A stretch of 64,000 nucleotides of DNA from an uncultured Solirubrobacterales bacterium (GTDB taxonomy: Bacteria; Actinomycetota; Thermoleophilia; Solirubrobacterales; Solirubrobacteraceae): NCBI GenBank assembly GCA_963837135.1, contig CAWILV010000004.1:487026-551025 (forward strand), in the 5' to 3' direction. Positions 63,037 to 64,000 of this stretch are shown one piece after another. Under the pieces are notes generated by a model. It was given only the letters and a program-made list of their open reading frames with translations. It did no database searches and was not told the DNA's origin. The stretch's first letter is position 1. Every line of letters starts with the position of its first letter. The position numbers were made by a program, and so were the translations under genes.

Positions 63037-64000
63037 ATGCGTCTGAAGTCGCTCACCTTGAAGGGCTTCAAGTCCTTTCCCGACCGCACGCACCTGGACT
63101 TCGGCCCCGGCGTGAGCGTCGTGGTCGGACCGAACGGCTCGGGTAAGTCGAATGTGACCGACGCGGTTCTGTGGGCGATGGGCGAGCAGTCGCCGCTCGC
63201 GGTGCGGGGTCAGTCGATGCAGGACGTGATCTTCGGTGGCGGTCGCGGTGTGCAGGCGCGCAATGCGGCCGAGGTTGAGATCGTGCTGGACAACTCCGAC
63301 GGGACAGTCGATCTGCCGCTGAGCGAGATCTCGATCGTGCGGCGCTTGGACCGTGCGGGCGAGGGCGGCTATCGGCTGAACGGCGCTCGCTGCCGGTTGA
63401 CGGACGTGATCGAGGTGCTGTCGGATACGGGTCTCGGCAAGGAGACGCACTCGGTCGTCTCGCAGGGGCGGGTGGAGGCGATCGTGACCTCCAAGCCGCG
63501 CGAGCGCAGGCTGCTGATCGAGGAGGCGGCGGGGCTCGGCAAGCACCGCAAGCGCCGCCGCCGCGCGCAACTGAAGCTGGATCGCACCCAGGAGAATCTC
63601 GACCGAGCGCTCGACGTGGAGCGCGAGGCGCGCACCCGCCTGCGTCCTTTGAAGCGTCAGGCGGAGGCGGCCGAGTTGCACGAGCGCTTGGAGCGCCAGA
63701 TGCGCCAAGCACGCTGGGAGCTGGCGCGCGAGTCGCTGCGGGCGCGCGGAGTGCAGCTGGATGGAGCCGAGGCTGAGGTGCGCCAGGCGCGCGCGGCGCG
63801 CGAGCAGATCGAGGCGCGGCTGCAGTCGGTGGTGGCGCGGCGGGGGAAGGCAGAGCGGGCGCTCGCTGAGCGGGCGGAGCGCCACGATGCGCTTGCGAGC
63901 CGCGTGTATGAAGCCCGCTCCGCGCGTGAGCGGCTTAGTTTGCGCGAGGAGCAGGCCGGCGCGAGCGCGCGGGCGCTGGCCCGGCGGATCGAGCGAGTGG
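63037..64000 (+). CDS. smc: chromosome partition protein Smc, N-terminal part (runs off the window end)
   Basis: MRLKSLTLKGFKSFPDRT...GPNGSGKSN Walker A head, then coiled coil. The frame stays open to nt 64000, so it is absent from the closed-ORF track. Confidence 0.92.
   Translation, partial: MRLKSLTLKGFKSFPDRTHLDFGPGVSVVVGPNGSGKSNVTDAVLWAMGEQSPLAVRGQSMQDVIFGGGRGVQARNAAEVEIVLDNSDGTVDLPLSEISIVRRLDRAGEGGYRLNGARCRLTDVIEVLSDTGLGKETHSVVSQGRVEAIVTSKPRERRLLIEEAAGLGKHRKRRRRAQLKLDRTQENLDRALDVEREARTRLRPLKRQAEAAELHERLERQMRQARWELARESLRARGVQLDGAEAEVRQARAAREQIEARLQSVVARRGKAERALAERAERHDALASRVYEARSARERLSLREEQAGASARALARRIERV

Noticed and set aside
62336-63046. A 236-aa ORF in an alternative frame over rnc.
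   Set aside because: It is an Arg/Gly/Ala-rich translation entirely inside rnc, which has clear RNase III and dsRBD motifs in its own frame.

Overview
Gene-dense, very GC-rich chromosomal core segment. By eye GC is roughly 70%, with third codon positions almost all G/C. Gene order and protein features fit an actinobacterium-like genome; a deep-branching Actinomycetota lineage is my guess only. I support about 61 protein-coding genes (55 on the + strand) and one tRNA-His.

Gene blocks in order:
- A partial DUF2600-like gene, a hypothetical gene, tRNA-His, a GST (minus strand) and a GGDEF-EAL enzyme.
- A dcw cell-wall/division cluster that starts abruptly at murE: murE-murF-mraY-murD-ftsW-murG-murC-murB-ftsQ-ftsZ.
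- Glycine cleavage genes gcvT-H-PA-PB, starting 21 nt after ftsZ.
- trpS, scpA, scpB, rlmN (minus strand) and rluB.
- An aromatic amino acid block: aroH, hisC, DAHP synthase, tyrA and aroA.
- A long DCD-family deaminase, cmk, der, metK, priA, def and fmt.
- A PNPOx-family gene (minus strand), rsmB, a small double zinc-ribbon protein and rpe.
- A 6.7-kb glycosylation module: flippase, methyltransferase and GT2 on the minus strand, and two GT-C membrane transferases on the plus strand.
- ribD-ribE-ribBA-ribH, rpmB, a DAK2 (YloV-like) gene, recG, rsmD and coaD.
- A DivIVA/SepIVA-like coiled-coil protein, an acyl-CoA synthetase, yceD, rpmF, plsX, acpP, rnc and the 5' part of smc.

Many junctions are 4-nt ATGA/GTGA start-stop overlaps, which suggests translational coupling. 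I saw no rRNA, CRISPR array, transposase, integrase, prophage or toxin-antitoxin signature, and no convincing defence-type system.

The observations most worth follow-up:
- The glycosylation module that interrupts the conserved rpe-ribD synteny.
- A 248-nt structured spacer before the DAHP synthase that holds an aromatic-rich mini-ORF.
- A perfect 20-bp palindrome over the gcvT start codon at the ftsZ-gcvT junction.
- A tandem 22-bp dyad repeat upstream of murE.

All functional calls rest on reading the ORF translations for family motifs from memory. No database search was run.
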